From assembly GCF_000372725.1 (NCBI RefSeq), contig NW_005202113.1, positions 186,001-250,000 of the forward strand: a stretch of DNA of 64,000 nucleotides, written 5' to 3'. Positions within the stretch are counted from its first letter, which is position 1. Every line of letters starts with the position of its first letter. The notes beneath the pieces are model-generated. The model saw only the letters and a list, made by a program, of their open reading frames with translations. It made no database searches and was not told where the DNA came from. This stretch comes from Emiliania huxleyi CCMP1516 (Eukaryota). Below, piece after piece: positions 21,828 through 32,947 of this stretch. Made by a program: the position numbers and the translations under genes.

Positions 21828-23714
21828 TCATGCCGTCTCCGGCTCGACGGGCTTGATCTCCACGCCAGTGCCGAGCACGCCGTCGTCATGCCCACCGTAC
21901 TGCGTGAAGCCACCCGTCTTGAGGGCCTTCTTGTGCTGCAGCCGACGGCAGTAGAGCAGCGTCAGAATGGCGGCGAGGCCGAGGAGGAAGGCGCCGAAGA
22001 TCTCGATCTTGGCTGCGTTGCCCTCCACCGCGGGCGGTGGCGGCGGCGGCGGCGGGTGGAGGCAGGCCGTCGACGACACCTCGCCGACGTCGCAGTACTC
22101 CCAGCGAACCCCCGCGTCCGCGTCGGCGACGTAGCACCACGGGTGAGCCTCGCGGTCGGGGTTGCGGCAGTAGTTGTGGCCGCCCAGGCCGGAGACCGGG
22201 TAGTGCTGCGCGGTTCTCGTGTGCTGCTGTGGCGACTGGTCCGACCAGAACTGGCAAGCGAGGCCGCTGGTGGTGGTGGCGACGGTGCCACGGTAGTCCG
22301 CGCCGTCGGGCGACTCGTAGCACTCGGTGTGCTCGTGGAAGCAGTCGGCAGCATCGAAGCCGCACGCCTCGACATTGCACGCGGCATCGCACTCGCCGTC
22401 GCCGATCGACGTCGGAAGGCAGAAGTCGGCACACGGCGTCTCGTCTTTCTTGAGGCAGTCGTGCTTGTCCCACTGGCACGACTCGCGGAAGCAGGCCTCG
22501 TCGCAGTAGTGGTCGCCGATCCACTCGGGCTTGCAGTCCGCGGGACAGATATTTACGGGGGCGGCGCCTTCTTCAGACCATGCCTTGCAGTCGCCGCGAT
22601 CAAAGTAGCACGCCTCCACGTTGCACTCCTCGTCGCACGTCCCGTCGCCGAGGCTGGTCCACGCGCAGCCCTCTGCGCAAACCGTCGGTTGCAGCTCACC
22701 GTCCGCGCCCTCGCCGTAGACGATGATGGAGAAGGAGGAGTCCTCGTCGTAGGCGAGGACGGAGAGGTGGAGCGTGCACGCCGCCTCGGGGCCCGCCGCG
22801 CCGCAGAAGAGGTACGTGTCGCGCCCGAGCGTCCACTCCTCCACGCCGTACGAGTCGGAAAGGAAGGTGTAGTTTCCGCCGGTGGGGAAGGCGTTGTCGA
22901 AGGAGACGTACAGGTCGGGGTCGCCGCTGGTCGGAACGACGACCACGCGGAGCCGCTCCACATCCTTGGGAACCGACACCTCGTAGAACGTGTACGTGTG
23001 CTCCTTCACCTCGCCCGTGACGATGGTGTCGAGCTCGATCGCCGTCGAGGTGTCCTCAAACGAGACGGGGGGGAAATAGTCGTAGTAGTCCTCGTCGAAT
23101 CCGTTCCAATTTTCGCCGTACGAGGCAGTGTACTCGCCGTCGCCCTCGCCAGTGGCGTTGACAGTGCCCTCCGCCACGTGGGTGCGGTCGGCGGTGGAGT
23201 GGTTGGAGTGGTGGTGGGCCGAGCATGAGGGCTCGGGCGGCGGGACCGCGCAGTACGCCCAGCGGGTGTCTGGGTCGGTGGTGTAGCACCACGGCCGCGC
23301 CTCGCCGTCCGGGTTGCGGCACGAGTTGTGCCCACCGAGCCCCCCGTGCGGGTAGTTGAGGTGGATCCTGTCGTGCCTCTGCGGCATCTGGTCGGACCAC
23401 GCCTGGCAAGCGAGGCCGTCCTCGGTCTGGTTGATGGCGCCGCGGTAGTCGGAGCCGTCCGCCTGGGTGTAGCAGTCGCCGTACCCGTGGAAGCAGTCCG
23501 ATTTGTCCCACTCGCACGCGGGGTTGTTGCAGTCCGCGTCGCACTCACCGTCACCAAGGTACGAGGTTGGGCAGTGGAAGGCGCAGGTGTCCTCAGCGTA
23601 GTCGTAGTAGGCGTAGGAATACGTGTCCCAGTCGTTGGTGACGTCGCCGCTGGCCGCCTCCTCGCTGCCGCGCGCGGCGGAGATCGCGCAGAGGAGCAGC
23701 GCGCGGATAAGCAT
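21828..23714 (-). CDS. Type I membrane protein: signal peptide, LNR, Kringle, PPC-like domain, 3x LNR, Kringle, TM
   Basis: GDGxCDxxCNxxxCxxDxxDC repeats; YRG..T..GLACQxW..HN.CRNPD...PWCY..RWxYC twice; TSGDPDLYVS; C-terminal IFGAFLLGLAAILTLLY. Confidence 0.88.
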   Translation of the reverse strand: MLIRALLLCAISAARGSEEAASGDVTNDWDTYSYAYYDYAEDTCAFHCPTSYLGDGECDADCNNPACEWDKSDCFHGYGDCYTQADGSDYRGAINQTEDGLACQAWSDQMPQRHDRIHLNYPHGGLGGHNSCRNPDGEARPWCYTTDPDTRWAYCAVPPPEPSCSAHHHSNHSTADRTHVAEGTVNATGEGDGEYTASYGENWNGFDEDYYDYFPPVSFEDTSTAIELDTIVTGEVKEHTYTFYEVSVPKDVERLRVVVVPTSGDPDLYVSFDNAFPTGGNYTFLSDSYGVEEWTLGRDTYLFCGAAGPEAACTLHLSVLAYDEDSSFSIIVYGEGADGELQPTVCAEGCAWTSLGDGTCDEECNVEACYFDRGDCKAWSEEGAAPVNICPADCKPEWIGDHYCDEACFRESCQWDKHDCLKKDETPCADFCLPTSIGDGECDAACNVEACGFDAADCFHEHTECYESPDGADYRGTVATTTSGLACQFWSDQSPQQHTRTAQHYPVSGLGGHNYCRNPDREAHPWCYVADADAGVRWEYCDVGEVSSTACLHPPPPPPPPAVEGNAAKIEIFGAFLLGLAAILTLLYCRRLQHKKALKTGGFTQYGGHDDGVLGTGVEIKPVEPETA

Positions 23715-24078
23715 ATACGCGACGCGTGTGGTGTATGCGTGTCCTCGTCTCTTTGCCGCCACGTTCTGACCGTTGTCTTCCTTGCGCGTCGCCGCACGCA
23801 CGCGGCTTTTAGTTTTTACTGCTTTTCGTTTCAGGAAGCAGGCGTCGGCGGCCGCGCTCTTCACGTAAACGCACAACCCCGGGCCCCGAAATCGCACAGT
23901 GATGACAGTGACATGCAACACGGGGTCCGAGGGAAGGCGAGCAAAAACCTTATCGCGCGCGCTAGACGCCGACTCGGAGGCCGCACCGGTCAGGCGCGCA
24001 GCCGGAGAGCACACAAAAACACACCACGCGCCAAAAGCGCTCTTCACCGTTTGTCCGGCCCATCACAACCCGACGGAC

Positions 24079-26145
24079 ATGCCGTCGCCGCAACACCACC
24101 ACTCCCTCTTCGCCCTCGGCCTGGGCCTCGCCCTCGGCCTGGCGCTGCCGCACGTGCTTCGCCTTCGGAGGCGGCGCGGCCTCGGCGGCAGCACCGTCAA
24201 GGCCGGCCTGACCGACACTCGCGCGGTGCGGCTGCCAAGGCGCGTGCTGACTGACTTCCTCGCCGCGTGCTTCACCGCGGCGGGCGCTGCGCCGGCCCAC
24301 GCCGCGCAAGCGGCAGACGTGCTGGCCTACGCCGACTCGCGCGGCATCCCGTCGCACGGCGCCAACCGCGCCGACACGTACGCCAACGAGATTGAGGCGA
24401 AGCTCGTCGACGGCGTTGCGAGCCCGGTCGTGGAGCGGAGCTCGGGGTGCACAGCTGTGATCGATGGCCGGAATGCGCTCGGCGCTGTCGTGTGCAACCT
24501 CGCGATGGAGACGGCCCTGCGGCTGGCAAAGGAGCACGGCGTCGGCGTCGTCGCCGCCCGCAACTCGAACCACTTTGGGGCGGCGGGCTACTGGGCGAAC
24601 CAGGCGCCTCCCCAGGCCCGGCCTGAGGCCTCCACATCTCGGCTAGATCTCGGCCTCACCTCGGCCATGTCTCAGGCGCTCTCCGCCGGCATGATCGGGC
24701 TGTCCTTCACAAACACGGCGCCCTTTGCGGCGGCGACCGGCGGCTGCACCCGTGCCGTCGGCGCGAGCCCCTCCTGCTGCTCTGCTCATGCACGAGCGAA
24801 TAAACTAGGAATGGACGAGTGCGCATGAGGTAGGCACCAACCCTCTCTGCTGCTTCGCGCCCGCCGCAGGGGGCATCGTCGACACGCTCGGACTGAGGCA
24901 CGCCCTTCCCTCTGCCACCAGTCTGGTACTCAAGCTGCAGGCGACTCGTTCCAGCTCGACATGGCGACGACGGTGGTGCCGGTGGGCAAGGTGGAGGTGA
25001 TGCACCGGAGCGGGCACGTAGATGCAGGATGTGGGCGCTCGTGGCGTGTACATGTCGGCGCCAATCTCGCAGGATCGGGCAGCGGATCCCTACTCATGCT
25101 AGTGTTGCTGTTAATGGGTAGGATCGGGCAGCGGATCCCTACTCATGCTAGTGTTGCTGTTACTGGGTAGGATCGGGCAGCGGATCCCTACTCATGCTAG
25201 TGTTGCTGTTACTGGGTACGATCGGGCAGCGGATCCCTACTCATGCTAGTGTTGCTGTTACTGGGTAGGATCGGGCAGCGGATCCCTACTCATGCTAGTG
25301 TTGCTGTTACTGGGTAGGATCGGGCAGCGGATCCCTACTCATGCTAGTGTTGCTGTTACTGGGTAGGATCGGGCAGCGGATCCCGGCCGGCTGGGCCGTC
25401 GACCGGAGCGGGAGAGACACCACCGACCCGGCGGAGGAGCGAGATCACGCGAGATCACGCGAGATTGCGCGAGGTCAGACGACACGCGGTGTGCTTCCCG
25501 CTTCACCGTCCTGCCCCCCTCCCCTCCGACCAACGACTAGCCCTTCCGACTCCTCCGTCCTGACTCCTCCCTCTGGCTCCCCCCCCTCGCCCCCTCATCC
25601 CTCACCCCTCCAGGTGGTGCAGCACGGCGCGCTCCACCCGCTCGGAGGCGGAGAGGAGACGGCGGGCTACAAGGGGTACGGCCTCGGCATGCTCGTCGAG
25701 CTGCTCAGCGCGGTGCTGCCGGGCTGCGCCGACGTCGCAGCCTGCCGTGCGGCCGAGGACATTTCCAGGACACGTCCGCGGCACGCGTCCCCGGCGTGTC
25801 CTGTAGGTCGGCCCCGCAGTACAGCCGTGGACACTCTCCCGCGAGCGGCCGAACGGGTACGGCCACTGCTTCGTCGTCCTCGACCCGAAGCGCTTCACAC
25901 CTGGCTTTGGGGGACAGCTGCGCGAGTACCTGGCGGCGATGCGCTGCCTGCCCGGCGCCGTGCGCTGCCCTGGCGACCCCGAGAAGGCGTGCGAGGAGGA
26001 GGCGCGAGCGCGAGGCGTGGTGCTGCACGAAGGCACCGCCACGGCACTCAAGGCGCTGGCCGGACGCTACGGCGTCGAGACGCCGCCCGAGTTCGCCGCG
26101 CTCGACGCGTCGCGGAGCAAGCCGTCGCTGTACGCCCAGGCTTGA
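24079..26145 (+). CDS. Ldh_2-family (malate/L-lactate/ureidoglycolate-type) dehydrogenase, multi-exon
   Basis: ADSRGIPSHG, IDGRNALG, RNSNHFGAAGYWA, GLSFTNT, GTNPLCCFAP, FQLDMATT, IPAGWAVD, PLGG..GYKGYGLGMLVELLS, GHCFVVLDP, PGDPE. Confidence 0.9.
25072..25384. repeat. Intronic 49-bp minisatellite (6 units plus a partial) containing a splice acceptor and exon start
   Basis: GGATCGGGCAGCGGATCCCTACTCATGCTAGTGTTGCTGTTACTGGGTA starting at 25072, 25121, 25170, 25219, 25268 and 25317; partial at 25366. Confidence 0.95.
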
Positions 26146-26984
26146 GGAAGTTGACTTCTCTCGCCTGCATGTAGGAATCCTAGTCGTTTACCCAAACAGT
26201 GTGTGGAGAAGTTTACCTTGCCTATAGGTTGCCTTGCGGGTTACCTTCTTTTTGAGACCGATTGAGAGAGAGAGGAACAGAGAATCCCAAAAATATTTTC
26301 TGACGGTCATATTTGGCAAATTTTCTGTGCATTCTCGTGGAGAGAGAAGATCGTGAAGAGATCCCTCAGCGCCTCACTCACTCTCACACCGCGCACACAC
26401 GAAGCGACACAAGATCGTGCCACTATGTCAAAACTACAGGGGTAGGCAATGAAACGGAGCTTTGCGCCCTTTCCCACCCGCCGGGGGGGCACCCAGGCCG
26501 GCCACCTGATCGGTAGTGGTGGACGGGAGGCGCGAACAGCGCCATCTTGGGGTCTACACGCCGACCAGTGCTCCCGTCAGTGACCAGGAAGAGGGGCTGC
26601 GTGGCCTTCTCAGCCGCCGGCCGCGCGTCCGTGTGGTCTACAGTTAACGAACCACGAGCCCTGCTTCCGTTTTAACACAAATTGGGTGGCGAACTCGGCG
26701 CCCATAGCTCTGGCTCGAGTTTTAGCGATTATGTCGCGAAACGCATTAGCCGCTACATCGAAATTGCCGAGGTAGCCGAAATCACAGCTTCCGCTGTAGC
26801 GGCTAATGCGTTCCCCGAGGTCATGATCGTGGGCGGAAAACGAACCGGCACCCCGGCGGGGCACCTTACGGGCTGTGTTAAAACGAGAGCTAAGGTCCCG
26901 ATTTCACAGTGGGCCGCAGGAAAAGACACGCGATGAACCCGCACCCATCGAGCTAGCTTCGAGGCGCCTTCAAAGCAGGTCGCA

Positions 26985-29900
26985 ATGGCGCCGAAGAAGA
27001 AGCCTGCACACGGCCGCAAGGCCAAGGGCGTCATGCAAGGCGCTCATCGTCCTCCAAAGGAGGTCTCTGGTGCAGCCGGCTCGCGCGGTCCGTCTGAGCC
27101 CTCGTCACGATCGGAAGCACCACAATACGAGGCTGTCGGCGGCGAGTGGGTGGTGTGCCAAAAGCAGACGCGCAGTCAGCGAGCTGAAGCCGCTCAAAAG
27201 GCCTCTCGCGCGTCTACCGTCCAAAAGGCGCGGCTGCCCGCCGCAGCCGCCGCCTCCAAGGCTGGGCAGACCGCCTCCGCTTGCGTTCGCCAACCCGGCT
27301 ACGGCAAAGGTCGGTCACCCGCGACCGCCACAGGCGCCAGGACGGCGCAGCGGCCTCGCCTTGAGGACTCGCAGCTGACTAGCGCCGCTGGCGTCGCGAC
27401 GGGTAGCCTCAGCGTGCAGCTGGCGGAGGCTGCGGCCGCAGACGCACTCGAGGCCCTCGAGACCGGTGTGCAGACTAGGCAATCTGCGTTGGCGAGGTCG
27501 CAGCTGCTGCGAGCGCAGCGGGCGGAGATTGAGACTGCGCTCGCCAATCTGCGCGAGCTCTGGCAGGAGAAGGAGCGCGACATGCTGCGCCTGCTCTCCA
27601 ACCCGCAGGCTGCGTGGGGCACAGATGCCGTCTGGCAGCTGTCCATGGCCGAGTTTGCCTTGGAGACCATGGACGAGAACGCCGTCGCACTCAAGCCTCG
27701 CCGGCTAGGAATGTGCTTTCGCGCGCTTGCCGAGCAGGCGCGGCACCCCGACGAGATCCCGCGCCTCCGCGGGCTGTACGAGCTGCACGCCCTCCACGCG
27801 GTGCTGCAGCGCAGCCCCAGCCTCCAGCGCGAGCTGCGGGTCCAGCTCGAGCGCTTTAAGCGACAATACTGCTCGTTGCTGCGCGGCGCCGGACGCTTTC
27901 GCACGCTCGAGGTCCTGCCCGGCGAGACGATCCTCGAGCTTATGCGGCGCACTCACGTGGCCATGCTCTCGTGGCGGCCTCCCGGCAGACCCGGCGCGGC
28001 GGCGTCGACCCTGGCGCTGCCCGCGAGCCGAGCGGGGGGTATCTACCTCCCAGAATGGCGAGAGGAGACGAACGTGCTCTACCATTCGGCGGCGGGTAAG
28101 ACCCTCTCGCTGCGTGGCGCGCAGGGCGTCGCCACGGCCTGCTCGAAGCGGTACCTGAAGTCGCTCCCGGAGGCGGAGCGGCCGCAGCACGAGAGCCACG
28201 AGACGGTCCGCTTGCACGACATGCAGTTCTGGTTCGTGCAGCGCCAGAGAGCTGTGGAGAACTCCTTCTCGAAGCGGCGAAACGTGCTGCAGTGGGACGA
28301 GGTGACGATCAACAAGGTGGCCTGGGTCGTCGTCACGCTGTCGTGCGAGAGGCTGCCGGCGCTGCGTGAGCGCGAGGTGATCGCCACCTTTAAGCTCCGG
28401 CCAGACGCCGATGGCCACAAGAAGACGGGCGTGAACGTCGGCGCGAGCAACGTGCGCGCGGTCAACGAGCTCGGCCTGCCGATCGATCGGATCGACTTCT
28501 GCGTCTCCGACGGCACCGCCTCCAATGCCAGCTTGACCATTGCGTCGGAGCGGCACAAGGGCGGCGCCTTTGCGCACATCTGGACCTCGATGCGTGCGAC
28601 AAAGCACGTGCTGTGCTTTTTTATCCTCTGCTTGTCCCACGTGATCAACAACGAGGTGAAGAATGTCTGCGAGGCGGCTGGTGCCTGCCGCCGCGAGCAC
28701 CTGCTCGCGCACTCGGGCTCCACCAAAAGCGGACGGCATCGCATCCCGGAGGCGCGCCACGCCCGACGTAAGAGGCGCTCACACACCCCTCCACCGCTTC
28801 CCCACGCTCCCTCTGACGCAGCTGCTGGCCGACGTCGTGCTCGCCGTCAAGGAGTCGAAGGGCTGCAAAAACTATGTCCGCGTCTCGGAGGGGCTGGCGC
28901 GTCTCGGCGACATGCCGGGAGGCGTGGACACCCGGTGGCTCTACTGGGTGTACACGTGCATGTGGCTGGCGCCCACGACGCGGCGCCTCGAGCTGATCGT
29001 GTGCTGTCTCTTGCACGAGTGGCTCTGCGCGCAGGGCGACGAGGGGCTCTTTGCCGACGCCGAGCAGACCGACGAGTTCGGTGAGAAGCTGGCGCTGTCT
29101 GGCGCCACGCTGCTCGAGAAGGTGAGCTCGATCAAGGACGCCGCGCGGCGCGAGCTGCTGCTTGAGCTCCTCGACCCGGAGATACGCGTGTGGCTCTCGT
29201 TCCTGGCCATCTACGGCGAGCGGTCGGCCGACCGCTTCCTCAAGTTTACCGAGAACGACGGGCCGGGCGTGGCGTTCAAGGCACCCCGCGTGCTTCGCCT
29301 GCGGCTCGCCTACCTCGACGCGCTCGCCAGCGACAACGACGAGACGCGCGACCTCGAAGGCGGCCGTCCATGGAAGGGCGACTTTGCGCCGCTGCGAGCA
29401 ATGGTCGCCAAGAACACGGCGGCGTTCTCGCGCCTGGATGTGCGGGCCATCGTGCGCAAGGCCGCACGCGCTGCTTCTACCTACTTCCGACAGCACACGG
29501 CAGCGTGGCGGACGAACCCCGCGCTCGTGGCGCTGGGAACTATGGACGAGGAGGGAGAGCATGCTGTTCTCTCGGCGCAGGAGCTGCTGGCGCTCGCGAA
29601 GCAGGGCCGGGGAGGCTTAATCCAGAGCATGCTGCCGCACCTCCCCGACTCGGCCGATGCCACCGAGCTCAGCGCTGCAATCACCAACGCCACCGAGGGG
29701 GTCGGCCTCTGGTTTCAGGACGACGCCCTCGGCGTCTTTAAGCTGCTGGCAAGCTGTAAGCGGCCGACGCAGCTGCGCGACGTGGCGGGCGGTAGCGACG
29801 TCTACGATTCCATCTGGAGCGTCGGCGTCTTTGTGCCGATCAGCAACTTCTTCTCGGAGACGGTCGTCAAGACGCTCTCTCGCGATTTGCACGGGACGCA

Positions 29901-31572
29901 GCGCCGGTCGGAGATGTGCGCGACAAGGCTCACGGCACCGCGGCACCGCGGGCACGTTTACCCGACAACGGCAGCCGATTGGAGCGCCGCGTCGGCCGCT
30001 CTCGGACACAACGTGTCCAAGCGAGTCACCGAGAAGGAGGGCCTCGCCGCGCAGCTGCAGGATCTCCGGCTCGATAGCATGGAGCTCTCGGCGTTCGTGG
30101 ACGAGCCGCAGGAGGAGGAGGAGGAGGGCGGGGCGGAGGAGGAGGGGGAGGAGGGCTCGGGCGAGGCCGGAGGCTCGACCGACGCGGCCGACGGCGGGAC
30201 GGCGAGCTCGGCGGAGGGCGAGGGTCGCCAGCCGGGCTGGCCGTTGGAGAAGGGCGTGAGCACAGCGGCGATCCGGAGGTCGCTGCAGGTGGGGAACGTC
30301 GTGGAGGTCCTCTGGGCCGTCCGGCAGGATGGAGACCCAGAGGTGTACCTCGCTCGCGTCGAGGAGGTCATGAGAATCAAGATAAAGATTCGCTGGCTGC
30401 ACGAGGATACCGAGGAGGAGAACGTGTACGTGGAGTGCCCGTTCTTCACCAAGGTGGAGACATGGTCGATGAAACAGCTGTGGAACCCTGTCTCTGATGT
30501 GAGCCAGATTGGCTCGGCAGAGGCGCCTCGCTGGCGCCGCAGCGCGATAGCTGAGGACGCCGAGGCGGCTAGAGCCGCTGCCAACCGCGCCGAGGGTGGG
30601 GGGGTGTCGTGGGACACGATCATATCAGACATGGAAGCCCGCAGGAAGGGAGAAGAGACGGGAGGGGAGGACGAGGTCGAGGACGAGGCGCTGTTTGCCG
30701 GCAGACCCGGCTCCGACGACGAGGAGGTGGAGGTCGAGCTGGTGGAGCCAGAGCTACAGGGACCGCCCCACTTGCGCGTCGGCGAGGCTGGCTACATCTC
30801 ATCTTACCACCGGCAGTGGTTCAGCGACTCGAACCTCGCCAACGCACACTACGTAGACGAGCGTCCAGACGGCGAGAGTGGCGCCGACTCGCCGCTGCGG
30901 TACAACTACCCCCGCGACGTAGCCTCGGCATGCAGCATCTTCCGTCAAAGAGGAGGGCAGCGGGTGCTGCAACTCTGCGACTGCGTGATGTTGCAGCAGG
31001 TCTGCGACGGCGCCCATTGGCACAACGTCGCGCTCATCGGGCCTCAGCGGCTCGCCGTGCACTGGGAGCCGTTCGGCACCAGCATTTTCAGCCGCACGCA
31101 TCCTCTAGCGCGCGTTCGGGACGCCTTCGACGCGGCGCCAAAGGACACGGGCTGGCAGCTAGTCAGCGTGACGCTCAACTTGCAGAGCGACGGCTACCAG
31201 TGCGGGCCGTGGGCGCATTGGTTCCGCCGCCGCCTCTTCGCCTACTGCGCGGACGACGAGCTGATGAGCAAGCAGTCCTTTGCCGAGTACCTCTCGACCA
31301 GCCCGGGCATCAGCCCGCTCGGAGCGCTCAGGACCAGGAGGGAGCGAGAGGCCGCCGGCGCAGCAAACACGGCCTTCATGCACGAGGAGCGCGTGCGGCT
31401 GCGCTGGCTCCTCCGGGCAGCGGCGCGAGAGGACGCGCTTCCCTACGAGCATCCGCTGCAGGACGCCTTCCGCCGAGCAGGGGCTGCGGCGGCAGCGCGC
31501 GCGGACGCGGTCGTGCTCGACGAGGGCTTGGAAGGCGATGAAAAGTACTTCGACCTCTGTGACGACTCGTGA
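26985..31572 (+). CDS. hAT-like DDE transposase fused to a Tudor-like domain and a Ulp1/C48-like cysteine protease (~1505 aa); exons 26985-28751, 28822-31572
   Basis: LQWDEVT (D), CVSDGTASN (D), CLSHVIN (CxxH), DTRWL, VPISNFFSET (E); LQVGNVVEVLW..YLARV..IKIRW; GAHW..HWEPFG..LQSDGYQCGPW; one GC-AG intron (28752-28821). Confidence 0.8.
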
Positions 31573-31802
31573 CGGCCTGCACAGGTCGCCCTGGTCGCCG
31601 TCGCCGTCTCGCCGCCTCATCCGCCAACACGGCCGTCGCCGCCAGGGCCGCCACTGCCATCGCCATCGCCGTCGCTGCTTCGCCCACCACTACCAGGGCC
31701 GTTGCTCTACCGCTCCCCAAGCGTATTGCCGGTGCTGTCACGGGCTGCCACTCCTAGTACCTTGCTGCTCGGTCGCGTTCAGTCTAGGTCGACACGCTAC
31801 CC

Positions 31803-32476
31803 TGCCGTTCGGGCGCCGCTCACCGCTTCGCAGCGAGCCCGGGCTCTGTAAACATCTCCGTCGCGAGCTGCGCACGCCCCGCGGGTCCGTGTGACTGTAG
31901 CTGTATCTCCCAAACATCTCTCACAGCTCAAAGCGATCTCCCCTAATCTCCACGGCTCGAGATTGCACGAGATAAAAACGGCGCTTTCGAGGTGGTTCGC
32001 CGGAATCTGGATAGGGGAGCGCGTAGAACGCGCGCTGCTGGTGTGCACAGAGCCCGGGATGGCCAGCATCCGCCCTCGTGGTCGCGAACAGCGCCGGTCG
32101 GCGCGTGCGGCTCTGGCAGCCGCCCGGCCGCGTCGGAGCTGCAGAGAGCGGCACGCGGCCCGGTGCCGTTCGGGCGCCGCTCACCGCTTCGCAGCGAGCC
32201 CGGGCTCTGTAAACATCTCCGTCGCGAGCTGCGCACGCCCCGCGGGTCCGTGTGACTGTAGCTGTATCTCCCAAACATCTCCCGCAGCTCAAAGCGATCT
32301 CGGCCTAATCTCCACGGCTCGAGATTGCACGAGATAAAAACGGCGCTCTCGAGGTGGGGCGCCAAGATCTGGATAGCGGAGCGCGTAGAACGCGCGCTGC
32401 CGATGTGCACAGAGCCCGGGATGGCCAGCATCCGCCCTCGTGGTCGCGAACGGCGCCGGTCGACGCGTGCGGCTCT
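31803..32476. repeat. Tandem ~310-bp duplication (period 361 bp) in the 3' arm of the hAT-like element
   Basis: Near-identical copies start TGCCGTTCGGGCGCCGCTCACC at 31803 and 32164. Confidence 0.9.
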
Positions 32477-32947
32477 GCGTCAACCAGTACGGAGCCCGAA
32501 ATGCGTCCAAAAGTAAAAAAATCAGCTTTCCGCGCCTCTTCACTGCTCGCCGCCGCGCAGGCGCGTTCCGGGGGCCCAGTGGAGCATTTCATCTAGTGGC
32601 GGCACCAGCTCTAGAGAAATTTATAATTTCTCAGTGGGGTTTTGACATAGTGTCGTGCAGGTGCGGGGACAGGTCCCCGGATTTCCGTTAACTCACACAG
32701 CATGTGTCAGCATCCGCACAGAGACCACAGTTCCACACCCTTTACGAGCAGCCGCGCTCCGCCCCTACGCCCTAGCTCCGCCCCCTCGACCCGTCGACCC
32801 TTCGCGCGTCCCAGAGTGAGAGAGCTTCGCCTGCCAGCATCCAGCATTTTTTTTTCGTATGCCGCGGCGGTCGCGGATGTGGGATGAGTGAGGTCGCGAC
32901 ACGCACCCGACACGTTCTCTGACACACTACGTCAAGGGTATGTTTAG

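Larger units (their letters stand above)
26421..32652 (+). mobile_element. Complete hAT-like DNA transposon with 14-bp TIRs and a 6-bp TSD
   Basis: TIRs CACTATGTCAAAAC (26421-26434) and GTTTTGACATAGTG (32639-32652); TCGTGC directly repeated at 26415-26420 and 32653-32658. Confidence 0.9.

Noticed and set aside
25072..25384. Possible CRISPR array (also considered 10214-10420 and 44248-44687)
   Set aside because: No identical repeats separated by unique spacers, no cas genes, eukaryotic context
26905..26911. Perfect RSS heptamer CACAGTG inside the hAT-like element
   Set aside because: No nonamer at 12/23 spacing; a 7-mer is expected by chance
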